Shown piece after piece: positions 18,166 through 27,195 of a stretch of 63,154 nt of DNA. Origin of the DNA: Prevotella sp. (GTDB lineage Bacteria; Bacteroidota; Bacteroidia; Bacteroidales; Bacteroidaceae). Below the pieces are notes generated by a model. It saw only the letters and a program-made list of their open reading frames with translations, was not told where the DNA came from and searched no databases. The DNA is taken from positions 1 to 63,154 of the forward strand of contig JBJEAV010000060.1 of the NCBI GenBank assembly GCA_051869395.1, written 5' to 3'. Within the stretch, counting starts at the first letter, position 1, and every line of letters begins with the position of its first letter. The translations under genes were made by a program, and so were the position numbers.

Positions 18166-19482
18166 ATGCTTACATTAAAGCTCATTACAGAGGAAACCGA
18201 CCGCGTGGTAAGCGGTCTGGAAAAAAAGCACTTCACTGGTGCAAGGGAAGCTATCGACAATGTTCTCGCTGTTGACAGGCGTCGCCGCGAGGCACAGCAG
18301 AAGCTCGACAAGACCAAGCAGGAGGCCAAGCAGTTTGCCGCACAGATTGGTGCACTCATGAAGCAGGGCAAGAAGGACGAGGCTGAGCAGGCCAAGCAGC
18401 AGGTGGCTGCATTGAAGGCTCAGGACAAACAGCTCCAGGAGGATATGGACGCTGCTGAAAAGGAACTCACCACCCTACTCTGCCAGATTCCCAACATCCC
18501 TTACGACGAGGTGCCTGAGGGTAAGGCAGCCGAGGACAACCATGTTGTCAAGAGCAACCTCAAGGAATGCGACGGCAGTGACACTGTCGGAAACTGGACA
18601 ATGAATCCCGAAAACAAGGAAGCCAAACTGCCTCACTGGGAGTTGGCCAAGAAATACAATCTCATCGACTTCGACCTTGGAGTGAAGATTACCGGTGCCG
18701 GATTCCCTGTCTATATCGGTATGGGAGCGCGCCTTCAGAGGGCGCTCATCAACTTCTTCCTCGACGAGGCCCGCGCCTCTGGCTATACAGAGATAATGCC
18801 TCCAACGGTAGTCAACCAGGCTTCAGGATATGGCACAGGCCAGTTGCCCGACAAGGAGGGACAGATGTATCACTGCGAGGTGGATGACCTTTATCTCATC
18901 CCCACGGCAGAGGTTCCCGTGACGAATATCTATCGCGACGTTATTCTCGACGAAAAGGACCTTCCCATCAAGAACTGCGCCTATACACAGTGCTTCCGTC
19001 GCGAGGCAGGCAGCTATGGCAAGGACGTGCGCGGACTTAACCGTCTGCATGAGTTCTCCAAGATTGAGATTGTGCGTATTGACAAGCCAGAACACTCCAA
19101 GGAGTCTCACAAGGAGATGCTCGCTCATGTTGAGGGCTTGCTCCAGAAGCTCGAACTCCCCTATCGCATCCTTCTGCTTTGCGGTGGCGACCAGTCGTTC
19201 ACCTCTGCCATCTGCTATGACTTCGAGGTATATTCCGAGGCACAGGGTCGCTGGCTTGAGGTTTCTTCTGTCAGCAACTTCGACACTTACCAGGCAAACC
19301 GCCTGAAGTGCCGCTATCGTCATGCCGAGGACAAGAAGATTGAGCTTTGCCACACTCTCAACGGTTCGGCTCTCGCCCTTCCGCGTATCGTTGCAGCCAT
19401 TCTTGAGGACAATCAGACTCCCGACGGCATCAAGGTGCCCAAGGCCCTGATTCCATATATGGGATGCGACATGATTAATTAA
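18166..19482 (+). CDS. serS: Serine--tRNA ligase
   Basis: N-terminal coiled coil, LIPTAEVP, CFRREAGSYG, EVSSVSN, HTLNGSALA. Confidence 0.98.
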   Translation: MLTLKLITEETDRVVSGLEKKHFTGAREAIDNVLAVDRRRREAQQKLDKTKQEAKQFAAQIGALMKQGKKDEAEQAKQQVAALKAQDKQLQEDMDAAEKELTTLLCQIPNIPYDEVPEGKAAEDNHVVKSNLKECDGSDTVGNWTMNPENKEAKLPHWELAKKYNLIDFDLGVKITGAGFPVYIGMGARLQRALINFFLDEARASGYTEIMPPTVVNQASGYGTGQLPDKEGQMYHCEVDDLYLIPTAEVPVTNIYRDVILDEKDLPIKNCAYTQCFRREAGSYGKDVRGLNRLHEFSKIEIVRIDKPEHSKESHKEMLAHVEGLLQKLELPYRILLLCGGDQSFTSAICYDFEVYSEAQGRWLEVSSVSNFDTYQANRLKCRYRHAEDKKIELCHTLNGSALALPRIVAAILEDNQTPDGIKVPKALIPYMGCDMIN

Positions 19483-19504
19483 GAATTAAAAATTAAGAAT
19501 TAAT
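19477..19504 (+). repeat. Heptamer tandem repeat AATTAA(G/A) x4
   Basis: aattaag aattaaa aattaag aattaat; contains the serS stop codon. Confidence 0.75.
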
Positions 19505-19505
19505 T

Positions 19506-21866
19506 ATGAATCTTATAAAAAAGAAGAAGCAATTCTCCGAGAAGGTTTACCTTTTCGAGATTGAAGCGCCACTGATTGCAAAGAGTCGCAAGGCAGGTAA
19601 CTTTGTCATTGTTCGCGTGGGAAGCAAGGGCGAGCGTATGCCGCTCACGATTGCGGATTCCGACGTTAACAAGGGAACAATCACACTCGTGGTTCAGAAA
19701 GTGGGACTTTCGTCCGTTAAGCTATGCTCACTGAACGAAGGCGACTATGTAACTGACGTTGTCGGTCCGCTTGGAAATCCCACACACATCGAGAAATTCG
19801 GCACTGTCATCTGTGCCGGAGGCGGTGTTGGAGTTGCCCCAATGCTTCCTATCATCCGCGCACTGAAGGCTGCAGGCAACAGGGTTCTGTCGGTTATAGC
19901 CGGACGCTCAAAAGACCTTGTCATCCTTGAGGATGAGGTAAGAGACAGCAGTGACGAACTGATTATTATGACCGACGACGGTTCATACGGGGAGAAAGGT
20001 GTCGTTACCGTAGGTATCGAGAAGTTCATCAATCAGGAGCATATCGATAAGGTGTTTGCCATCGGTCCTCCCATCATGATGAAGTTCAGCTGCCTGCTCA
20101 CACAGAAATACAATATCCCGACCGACGTGTCGCTCAACACAATTATGGTTGACGGAACAGGTATGTGTGGCGCATGTCGTCTCACCATCGGCGGAAAGAC
20201 CAAGTTTGTCTGCATCGACGGACCTGAATTCGACGGTGCACTCGTTGACTGGGATGAGATGTTCAAGCGCATGGGAACATTCAAGCGCGAGGAGCAGATT
20301 GAGATGGAGCACATGCAGGAACACCTCACAGGCGTTACAGACAAGGACACTCCCGCCGATGAAGAGCCTGTGGCTTGTGGAAGTACCACTTCTTCTGAGC
20401 AATCTTCAGATGTTGACACAGAGTCACTTACCGACCGTAATGCCGAGTGGCGCAAGGCTCTTCGTTCTTCGATGAAGCCCAAGGAGCGCACAGCCATCGA
20501 GCGTGTTCAGATGCCCGAACTCGACCCAGTATATCGTGCCACCACCCGCACTGAAGAAGTGAACAAGGGACTCACCAAGGAGATGGCGATGCGCGAGGCA
20601 CAGCGTTGTCTCGACTGCGCCAAGCCTTCATGTGTGGAGGGTTGCCCCGTTAATATCAATATACCTTCGTTCATCAAGAACATCGAGCGTGGCGAGATTC
20701 TCGCTGCCGCCAAGGTGCTCAAGCAAACCTCAGCCCTGCCTGCAGTTTGCGGTCGTGTATGTCCTCAGGAGAAGCAGTGCGAGAGCAAGTGTATCCATCT
20801 GAAAATGAACGAGCCGGCTGTTGCCATCGGCTATCTTGAGCGTTTTGCCGCCGACTATGAGCGCGAAAGCGGTCAGATGTCCCTGCCCGAGATTGCACCT
20901 GCCAACGGTATCAAGGTGGCTGCCATCGGTTCGGGTCCTTCGGGATTGAGCTTTGCGGGCGACATGGCCAAGCAGGGCTTTGACGTATATGTATTCGAGG
21001 CTCTCCACGAAATCGGAGGTGTATTGAAATACGGTATTCCCGAGTTCCGTCTGCCCAACCGCATCGTTGATGTAGAGATTGACAACCTCAAGAAGATGGG
21101 AGTCCACTTCCAGACAGACTGCATTGTCGGCAAGACTATATCCGTAGAGGAACTTGAGGCAATGGGCTTCAAGGGTATCTTCGTGGGTTCCGGTGCCGGA
21201 TTGCCCAACTTCATGAATATCCCCGGTGAGAATGCCATCAATATCATGTCGTCCAACGAGTATCTCACTCGTGTAAACCTCATGGATGCCGCCAATCCCG
21301 AGACAGACACACCTATCAATCTTGGCAAGCACGTGATTGTGGTAGGTGGTGGTAACACCGCTATGGACTCTTGCCGCACTGCAAAGCGTCTTGGTGCCGA
21401 GGTCACCCTCGTTTATCGTCGTTCCGAGCAGGAAATGCCCGCACGTCTCGAAGAGGTGAAACACGCCAAGGAAGAGGGCATCAACTTCCTCTGCCTCCAC
21501 AATCCTATCGAGTATAAGGCCGACGAGAAAGGTGCCGTATGCCAGGCAGTGCTTCAGGTGATGGAACTTGGCGAACCTGACGCAAGCGGACGCCGCAGCC
21601 CAGTGCCGGTGGAAGGCAAGACCGTGACTCTCGACGTTGACCAGGTGATTGTTGCCGTAGGTGTATCTCCCAACCCGTTGGTGCCCAAGTCTATCGAGGG
21701 ACTTGAATTAGGTCGCAAGAATACAATCGCAGTAAACGAAGACATGCAAAGCTCACGTCCGTCGGTATATGCCGGTGGAGACATCGTCCGCGGTGGAGCG
21801 ACAGTCATCCTCGCCATGGGCGACGGTCGCCGTGCAGCCAAAGCCATGGCAGAGAAGTTGAAATAA
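19506..21866 (+). CDS. Fused NfnA-NfnB-like flavoprotein (PyrK-like domain + GltD-like domain), probable electron-bifurcating transhydrogenase
   Basis: ERMPLT, GPLG, MVDGTGMCGAC..CIDGPEFD [2Fe-2S] site; RCLDC..C..GCP, CGRVCPQEKQCE, GSGPSG, GGGNTAMD, GGDIVRG. Confidence 0.9.
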   Translation: MNLIKKKKQFSEKVYLFEIEAPLIAKSRKAGNFVIVRVGSKGERMPLTIADSDVNKGTITLVVQKVGLSSVKLCSLNEGDYVTDVVGPLGNPTHIEKFGTVICAGGGVGVAPMLPIIRALKAAGNRVLSVIAGRSKDLVILEDEVRDSSDELIIMTDDGSYGEKGVVTVGIEKFINQEHIDKVFAIGPPIMMKFSCLLTQKYNIPTDVSLNTIMVDGTGMCGACRLTIGGKTKFVCIDGPEFDGALVDWDEMFKRMGTFKREEQIEMEHMQEHLTGVTDKDTPADEEPVACGSTTSSEQSSDVDTESLTDRNAEWRKALRSSMKPKERTAIERVQMPELDPVYRATTRTEEVNKGLTKEMAMREAQRCLDCAKPSCVEGCPVNINIPSFIKNIERGEILAAAKVLKQTSALPAVCGRVCPQEKQCESKCIHLKMNEPAVAIGYLERFAADYERESGQMSLPEIAPANGIKVAAIGSGPSGLSFAGDMAKQGFDVYVFEALHEIGGVLKYGIPEFRLPNRIVDVEIDNLKKMGVHFQTDCIVGKTISVEELEAMGFKGIFVGSGAGLPNFMNIPGENAINIMSSNEYLTRVNLMDAANPETDTPINLGKHVIVVGGGNTAMDSCRTAKRLGAEVTLVYRRSEQEMPARLEEVKHAKEEGINFLCLHNPIEYKADEKGAVCQAVLQVMELGEPDASGRRSPVPVEGKTVTLDVDQVIVAVGVSPNPLVPKSIEGLELGRKNTIAVNEDMQSSRPSVYAGGDIVRGGATVILAMGDGRRAAKAMAEKLK

Positions 21867-22235
21867 ATGAACGGATTATATACCATCATATTGCTCATAC
21901 TAAGCAACGTCTTCATGACGCTTGCCTGGTATGGGCATTTGAGACTACAGGAGTCAGGCGTATCGGCCAAGTGGCCCATCATCGGTGTGATAGCATTCTC
22001 GTGGGGAATAGCTTTCTTCGAGTATTGCTGTCAGGTGCCTGCCAACCGTATGGGATTCGAGGGCAACGGCGGTCCATTCAATCTTGTGCAGCTTAAGGTT
22101 ATTCAGGAATGTATCAGCCTTGGTGTCTTTGCTGTCATCGCCAACATCATGTTTCAGGGACAGAACTTGCATTGGAATCACATCCTTGCGTTCTTCCTGA
22201 TAATATGTGCGGTCTATCTGGTGTTTATGAAATGA
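21867..22235 (+). CDS. DMT-superfamily small membrane protein (DUF486-like)
   Basis: SNVFMTLAWYGHL, SWGIAFFEY..QVPANR, QLKVIQE. Confidence 0.85.
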   Translation: MNGLYTIILLILSNVFMTLAWYGHLRLQESGVSAKWPIIGVIAFSWGIAFFEYCCQVPANRMGFEGNGGPFNLVQLKVIQECISLGVFAVIANIMFQGQNLHWNHILAFFLIICAVYLVFMK

Positions 22236-22265
22236 GAAATTAGGAATTAGGGATGAGGGATGAGA
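22231..22265 (+). repeat. Heptamer tandem repeat (AATTAGG/GATGAGG) x5
   Basis: aatgaga aattagg aattagg gatgagg gatgaga; contains the DMT stop and the ttcA start. Confidence 0.75.
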
Positions 22266-22990
22266 TGCAGACATTGGAACATCGGTTGACAAGGCGTTTT
22301 CAGAAGGCGCTTGTTGACTACCGCCTTATCGACGACGGCGACAAGATACTCGTCGGATTGTCGGGCGGCAAGGATTCCCTGTGCCTTCTCGAACTCTTGG
22401 CAAAGCGCAGCAGGATCCAGCGTCCGTCATTCTCAGTGGAAGCCATACACGTGAGAATGGAAAACATTGAATATGCCACAGACACTTCATATCTTGAATC
22501 ATTCTGCAATAAATTGGGTGTGAGACTTCATGTTGTCACCACCCGTTTTGACGACACAATATCCACCAAGAAACCCAAGTGTTTCCTGTGCTCATGGCAC
22601 CGACGCAAGGAAATGTTCTGTTTGGCACAGGAACTTGGCTTCAACAAGATCGCCCTTGGACACCACAATGACGATATCATCCACACCGCACTGATGAACC
22701 TCACCTTCCAAGGACAGTTCTCCACCATGCCGGCAAAGCTGGGAATGAGAAAGATGCTCCTGACAATAATCCGTCCGTTGTGCCTGATTGAGGAAAAGGA
22801 CATAAAACGATGGGCGGAACTTCAGAAATATGAGAAGCAACTCAAACTTTGCCCATACGAGACAGTTTCACATCGGGCAGACATCAGGCGGATATTCGGC
22901 GAGATGGAAGCAATAAACCCCGAAGCCCGTTTCTCTATATGGAACGCTCTTGAATCAGAAAACAAATTAATTGAAAAAGCAACTGAATGA
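22265..22990 (+). CDS. ttcA: tRNA 2-thiocytidine biosynthesis protein (TtcA family)
   Basis: PP-loop SGGKDS, CFLC, ALGHHNDD, IIRPL, CPY; start 22253 or 22265. Confidence 0.85.
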   Translation: MQTLEHRLTRRFQKALVDYRLIDDGDKILVGLSGGKDSLCLLELLAKRSRIQRPSFSVEAIHVRMENIEYATDTSYLESFCNKLGVRLHVVTTRFDDTISTKKPKCFLCSWHRRKEMFCLAQELGFNKIALGHHNDDIIHTALMNLTFQGQFSTMPAKLGMRKMLLTIIRPLCLIEEKDIKRWAELQKYEKQLKLCPYETVSHRADIRRIFGEMEAINPEARFSIWNALESENKLIEKATE

Positions 22991-24159
22991 CTATGAAAGG
23001 AAAGTATATACTTGTTTCAGCCCTGATTGCTGTTCTGCCTATCTCCATGGACGCGCAGAAGAGGAAAAGCAACGTCAAGGCAAAAGCAAAACAAACAGTA
23101 GTTGACAAGGAGTTTGAACTGCGTCTGGAAGGTATGAGGGCAGCCACTCAGAAGGTTATGTTTGTTGACAGCATTGTTGTCAACAAGTCAAAGCTGTTGA
23201 AATCTCTTAACATTCCCGATGAATCAGGAAGCGTGATGGATTACAACACCTTCTTTGAAACGACAGAACAACCCAATGCCATCGTATATCTCAACCAACT
23301 GAAGAACAAGTGCATATTCTCAAAATACGCAGACAATGGATGGGGCTTATACTCAAGCGAGCTGATTGGCGGGAAATGGGCAAACACCATGCCTTTGGAA
23401 GGACTTGAGATGGCAGGCAATGACGTTGACATCAACTGGCCTTTCCTCTTGTCCGACGGCACAACATTGTATTTCGCGGCAAAGGGTGAGGAAAGTATCG
23501 GTGGATACGATATTTTCATGACCAGATATGACGAATCCACCGGTGAGTATCTCAAGCCCGAGAACATAGGCATGCCATTTAATTCAACCGCCAACGACTA
23601 CTTCTATGTCGTTGACGAGTTTGATGGCTACGGATGGTTTGCCACCGACCGCAACCAGCCTGAGGGAAGCGTGTGCATCTACTCCTTCGTTCTCAATAAT
23701 GTCCGCGAGAACTACAATCAGGACAACTATACCCCGGAACAGCTTAAACAACTCTCCGAGCTACACAGTATCTCGATGACATGGACTGACGAGCCAAGCC
23801 GTGAACAGGCTCTCAAGCAACTTGCCGAAATAGCAAAGCGCAAACATTCCGTGCAGAAAAAAAACGACTTCACCTTTGTCATCAACGACAAATACACATA
23901 TACCACTCTCACTGATTTCAAGTCAGCGGATGCAGCCGAGAAATACGCAAGACTTAATGACATCATAAGTAAAAAGGCAAAACTTGACAACTCGATGGAG
24001 CTTGCACGCGAAGCCTATCCGAATGCCAAACCGCAACAACAAGAGCAGTACAGAAAACAGCTTTTGGCTGCCGAAAAGCAGAGCGAAAGATATGATACAG
24101 AGATAGCCGAACTGACGAAGAAAATCAGAAGCATTGAATTAAAGAAACTTGGTAATTAA
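22987..24159 (+). CDS. Exported protein with PD40/beta-propeller-like repeats and a C-terminal coiled coil
   Basis: Signal peptide; WPFLLSDGTTLYFA, GGYDIF, ENIGMPFNS, GWFATDRN. Confidence 0.7.
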   Translation: MTMKGKYILVSALIAVLPISMDAQKRKSNVKAKAKQTVVDKEFELRLEGMRAATQKVMFVDSIVVNKSKLLKSLNIPDESGSVMDYNTFFETTEQPNAIVYLNQLKNKCIFSKYADNGWGLYSSELIGGKWANTMPLEGLEMAGNDVDINWPFLLSDGTTLYFAAKGEESIGGYDIFMTRYDESTGEYLKPENIGMPFNSTANDYFYVVDEFDGYGWFATDRNQPEGSVCIYSFVLNNVRENYNQDNYTPEQLKQLSELHSISMTWTDEPSREQALKQLAEIAKRKHSVQKKNDFTFVINDKYTYTTLTDFKSADAAEKYARLNDIISKKAKLDNSMELAREAYPNAKPQQQEQYRKQLLAAEKQSERYDTEIAELTKKIRSIELKKLGN

Positions 24160-24183
24160 CTAAAATACAAGGAGGTATAAATC

Positions 24184-25056
24184 ATGAAGAACTACATTGC
24201 AGAATCGGAATTGGTAATCAATGGAGACGGTTCCATCTTCCATCTCCACATTAAGCCCGAACAACTTGCCGACCGCGTGATACTGGTTGGCGACCCGGGA
24301 AGAGTGAAACTTGTAGCTTCACATTTCGACACGTGCGAATGTGAGATGTCCAACCGTGAGTTTCATTCCATTACGGGAACTTACAAGGGCAAGCGAATCA
24401 CGGTGTTGAGCACAGGCATCGGATGCGACAATATCGACATCGTCATGAACGAGCTGGATGCTCTTGTCAACATCGACTTCACCACCCGCACCATCAAGGA
24501 TAACCTCCGAAGCCTACAGATTGTCAGAATAGGAACCTGCGGAGGACTCCAGCCAAACACTCCCGTCGGAACATTCATCGCATCAGTGAAAAGCATCGGT
24601 TTCGACGGACTGCTTAATTACTATGGCAGACGAGATGAGGTGTGCGACACCGAATTGGAAAAGGCATTCACCGCCCATACCTCTTGGCTTCCGCAACTGC
24701 CTGCACCCTACGTGGCTGTGGCAGACCAGGAACTCATCGGGCGCATCGCCGGAGATGATATGGTCAGGGGCATCACCTGTGCCTGCGGCGGTTTCTACGG
24801 ACCGCAGGGACGACGTCTTCGCATACCCTTGGCTGACCCTGAGCTCAACAGCAAGATAGAGTCATTCGAATATCAAGGTCTTCGCATCACCAATTTTGAA
24901 ATGGAGAGCAGCGCATTGGCAGGTTTGAGCAGTCTGCTTGGACACAAGGCTATGACATGCTGTATGGTTGTGGCCAACCGCCGTGCCCAAAATATGAAAA
25001 CAGACTATCAGAATGATATAAACACCCTTATTCTTACCGTACTTGAAAGAATATGA
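24184..25056 (+). CDS. Nucleoside (uridine-type) phosphorylase
   Basis: LVGDPGRV, STGIG, RIGTCG, FYGPQGR, NFEMES. Confidence 0.92.
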   Translation: MKNYIAESELVINGDGSIFHLHIKPEQLADRVILVGDPGRVKLVASHFDTCECEMSNREFHSITGTYKGKRITVLSTGIGCDNIDIVMNELDALVNIDFTTRTIKDNLRSLQIVRIGTCGGLQPNTPVGTFIASVKSIGFDGLLNYYGRRDEVCDTELEKAFTAHTSWLPQLPAPYVAVADQELIGRIAGDDMVRGITCACGGFYGPQGRRLRIPLADPELNSKIESFEYQGLRITNFEMESSALAGLSSLLGHKAMTCCMVVANRRAQNMKTDYQNDINTLILTVLERI

Positions 25057-26402
25057 CATCATACGACAACATCTGCGCCATGGCTACACCTTCGGGCGGA
25101 GCCATAGGTATTATACGCGTATCGGGTCCTGACGCAATCGGAATTGTTGGCCGGATGTTCAGCAGAGATATTTCAGAGGCAAAAAGCCACACTATGCATT
25201 ATGGTGTTTTTGCCTCTGATTCGTCTATGCCCATAGACGACGTGATGGTTGGCGTGTTTCGTGCCCCACATACATATACTGGCGAGAATTCCGTTGAAAT
25301 ATATTGTCACGGTTCAAGGTATATCATGTCTCAGATTATACGTTGTCTCATCGACAATGGATGCCGGCAGGCAGAACCGGGAGAATACACCCGTCGTGCT
25401 TTCATAAACGGCAGAATGGATTTGAGTCAGGCGGAGGCCGTGGCAGACCTTATCGCCGCATCGGGCAAGGCTTCACATGACATGGCACTCGGACAACTGC
25501 GCGGAAATATCTCCAACGAACTTTCCACTCTCCGCGACAAACTTCTGAAGATGACATCTCTCATGGAACTCGAACTCGACTTCAGTGACCATGAGGAACT
25601 GGAGTTTGCCGACCGCACGGAACTCCTCCAATTAGCCACCACCATACAAGGGCGAATCGCCTCACTGGCATCCTCATTCCGCACGGGACGTGCCATTAAA
25701 CAAGGTATTCCCGTGGCTATCATAGGCAAGACAAACGTTGGCAAGAGCACGCTTCTCAACCGGCTTGTAGGCGAGGACAAGGCTATCGTAAGCGACATCC
25801 ACGGCACGACAAGAGACATCATCGAGGACACCATCGACATACATGGCATTACATTCCGTTTCGTGGATACAGCCGGACTTCGCGCCACCGATGACATCAT
25901 CGAGCGCATTGGCATCGAGCGTTCCTATTCCGCCCTGTCCAAGGCTGCCATCGTCCTATGGGTCATCGATTCCATTCCTACAGATGACGAAGTGGAAGAT
26001 ATCACCCAAAGATGCGAAGGCAAGCAGCTTATTGTAGTAATCAATAAAACCGACAAACATCAGGCTCCCAATCTGTCCCTCCCCTACACCACCCTGTCCA
26101 TCAGTGCACTTGAAGGCAACGGCATTGACACCCTGACAGAGTCGATATACGAAAAGGCCGAAATCCCCGAGATTGGCGAGAATGACGCCATCGTCACTTC
26201 CTCGCGCCACTACGACTCCCTATTGCATGCCCGAGAGAGTATCGACAGGGTTATCGAAGGTATGCGCATGTCAATCCCTAATGACCTGCTGAGCGAGGAT
26301 CTCCGCCAGTGTCTCGAAGCCCTTGCCGAGATTACCGGTGGCGCAATCACCCCCACAGAGGTGCTCAACAACATCTTCTCGCATTTCTGCGTGGGCAAAT
26401 AA
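25053..26402 (+). CDS. mnmE: tRNA modification GTPase MnmE (TrmE)
   Basis: GAIGIIRVSG, GKTNVGKS, GTTRD, DTAG, NKTD, C-terminal FCVGK. Confidence 0.98.
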   Translation: MTSYDNICAMATPSGGAIGIIRVSGPDAIGIVGRMFSRDISEAKSHTMHYGVFASDSSMPIDDVMVGVFRAPHTYTGENSVEIYCHGSRYIMSQIIRCLIDNGCRQAEPGEYTRRAFINGRMDLSQAEAVADLIAASGKASHDMALGQLRGNISNELSTLRDKLLKMTSLMELELDFSDHEELEFADRTELLQLATTIQGRIASLASSFRTGRAIKQGIPVAIIGKTNVGKSTLLNRLVGEDKAIVSDIHGTTRDIIEDTIDIHGITFRFVDTAGLRATDDIIERIGIERSYSALSKAAIVLWVIDSIPTDDEVEDITQRCEGKQLIVVINKTDKHQAPNLSLPYTTLSISALEGNGIDTLTESIYEKAEIPEIGENDAIVTSSRHYDSLLHARESIDRVIEGMRMSIPNDLLSEDLRQCLEALAEITGGAITPTEVLNNIFSHFCVGK

Positions 26403-26589
26403 ATGTTCCGCATGGAAAGTGACGCATATATGTATAGCCTATATAATGAGCGTTTGTCGTCTCATTTTCCATCCGCTTTTTTTATAAAAAGCCGTATCAA
26501 TCCGTGACTATATATATATTTAGGCCTGTTTCAAGTCACATTTTACCCCAAAGAATTTGAAAAAACCCCGCTTTTTTAGTTAAAAAACC

Positions 26590-26694
26590 TTTCTTCTATC
26601 ACTTCTATCACGCCTTCTATCACTCTTTTATCACTATTTAACTGTCAGATAATAAGAATGTTAACATATTTAGTGATAGAAGTGATAGAAGAAA
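26590..26694. repeat. TTCTATCAC-based direct and inverted repeat element
   Basis: tttcttctatcacttctatcac (26590-26611) is a perfect 22-bp inverted repeat of gtgatagaagtgatagaagaaa (26673-26694); two more TATCAC copies lie inside. Confidence 0.85.
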
Positions 26695-26837
26695 ATGAAA
26701 AATTACAGAATGCGCACGCGCGCGCGTAAAGGAATGGGCAACGAGGTGCTATCACTTTACATTATGTAAAAGTGTGAAGACAGTTATCTGTAATTATCCA
26801 CGAAAGCTCTCGTGATTTCGTCATCACAGGGGCTTCA

Positions 26838-26929
26838 TTCTATATTCCGCACTGCGGAACATACGTTCGCCACTGCGGAACGTACGTTCGCCACTGCGGA
26901 ACATAAAAACCGCACTGCGGAATATAAAA
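26838..26929. repeat. 21-bp-period tandem array (CACTGCGGAA core x4) with palindromic ends
   Basis: Core at 26850, 26871, 26892 and 26913; flanks tatattccgca / tgcggaatata. Confidence 0.88.
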
Positions 26930-27033
26930 CGCACCCGTGTTCTCATCAAATTCTAACCGTCATTATTGAGAAATTACAATGCCAATGGTAATAAACTCAC
27001 GAAGCCCGAGCGCTGTCCCCTGTACCGCTGTGT

Positions 27034-27053
27034 TATGTCGCCCTTTCAGGGCT
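27034..27053. repeat. Solo half of the REP-like element
   Basis: tatgtcgccctttcagggct is identical to 17090-17109. Confidence 0.8.
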
Positions 27054-27117
27054 ATGACTACGCATACACACTTATTTCGGGTGAATTTTACTGAAATGCA
27101 TATTTTTTAGGAAAACA

Positions 27118-27149
27118 TTTGGATTATTAGAATATATTTCGTATCTTTG
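27118..27149 (+). promoter_or_regulatory. -33 (TTTG) / -7 (TATCTTTG) promoter of the giant surface protein
   Basis: Consensus Bacteroidota sigma promoter with plausible spacing. Confidence 0.7.
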
Positions 27150-27195
27150 CCACAAAATTGAGATAATTATCAAAACTATTAAAAAATATACTATT

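Noticed and set aside
26590-26694. Invertible promoter (inverton)
   Set aside because: The inverted repeats enclose only ~60 bp with no TAnnTTTG in either orientation, and no recombinase gene is nearby
26838-26929. CRISPR array
   Set aside because: The period is only 21 bp, the inter-core sequences are near-identical rather than unique spacers, and no cas genes are present
26403-27195. Chromosomal oriC
   Set aside because: Only one imperfect DnaA box was seen and there is no dnaA, dnaN or gidA context in the window
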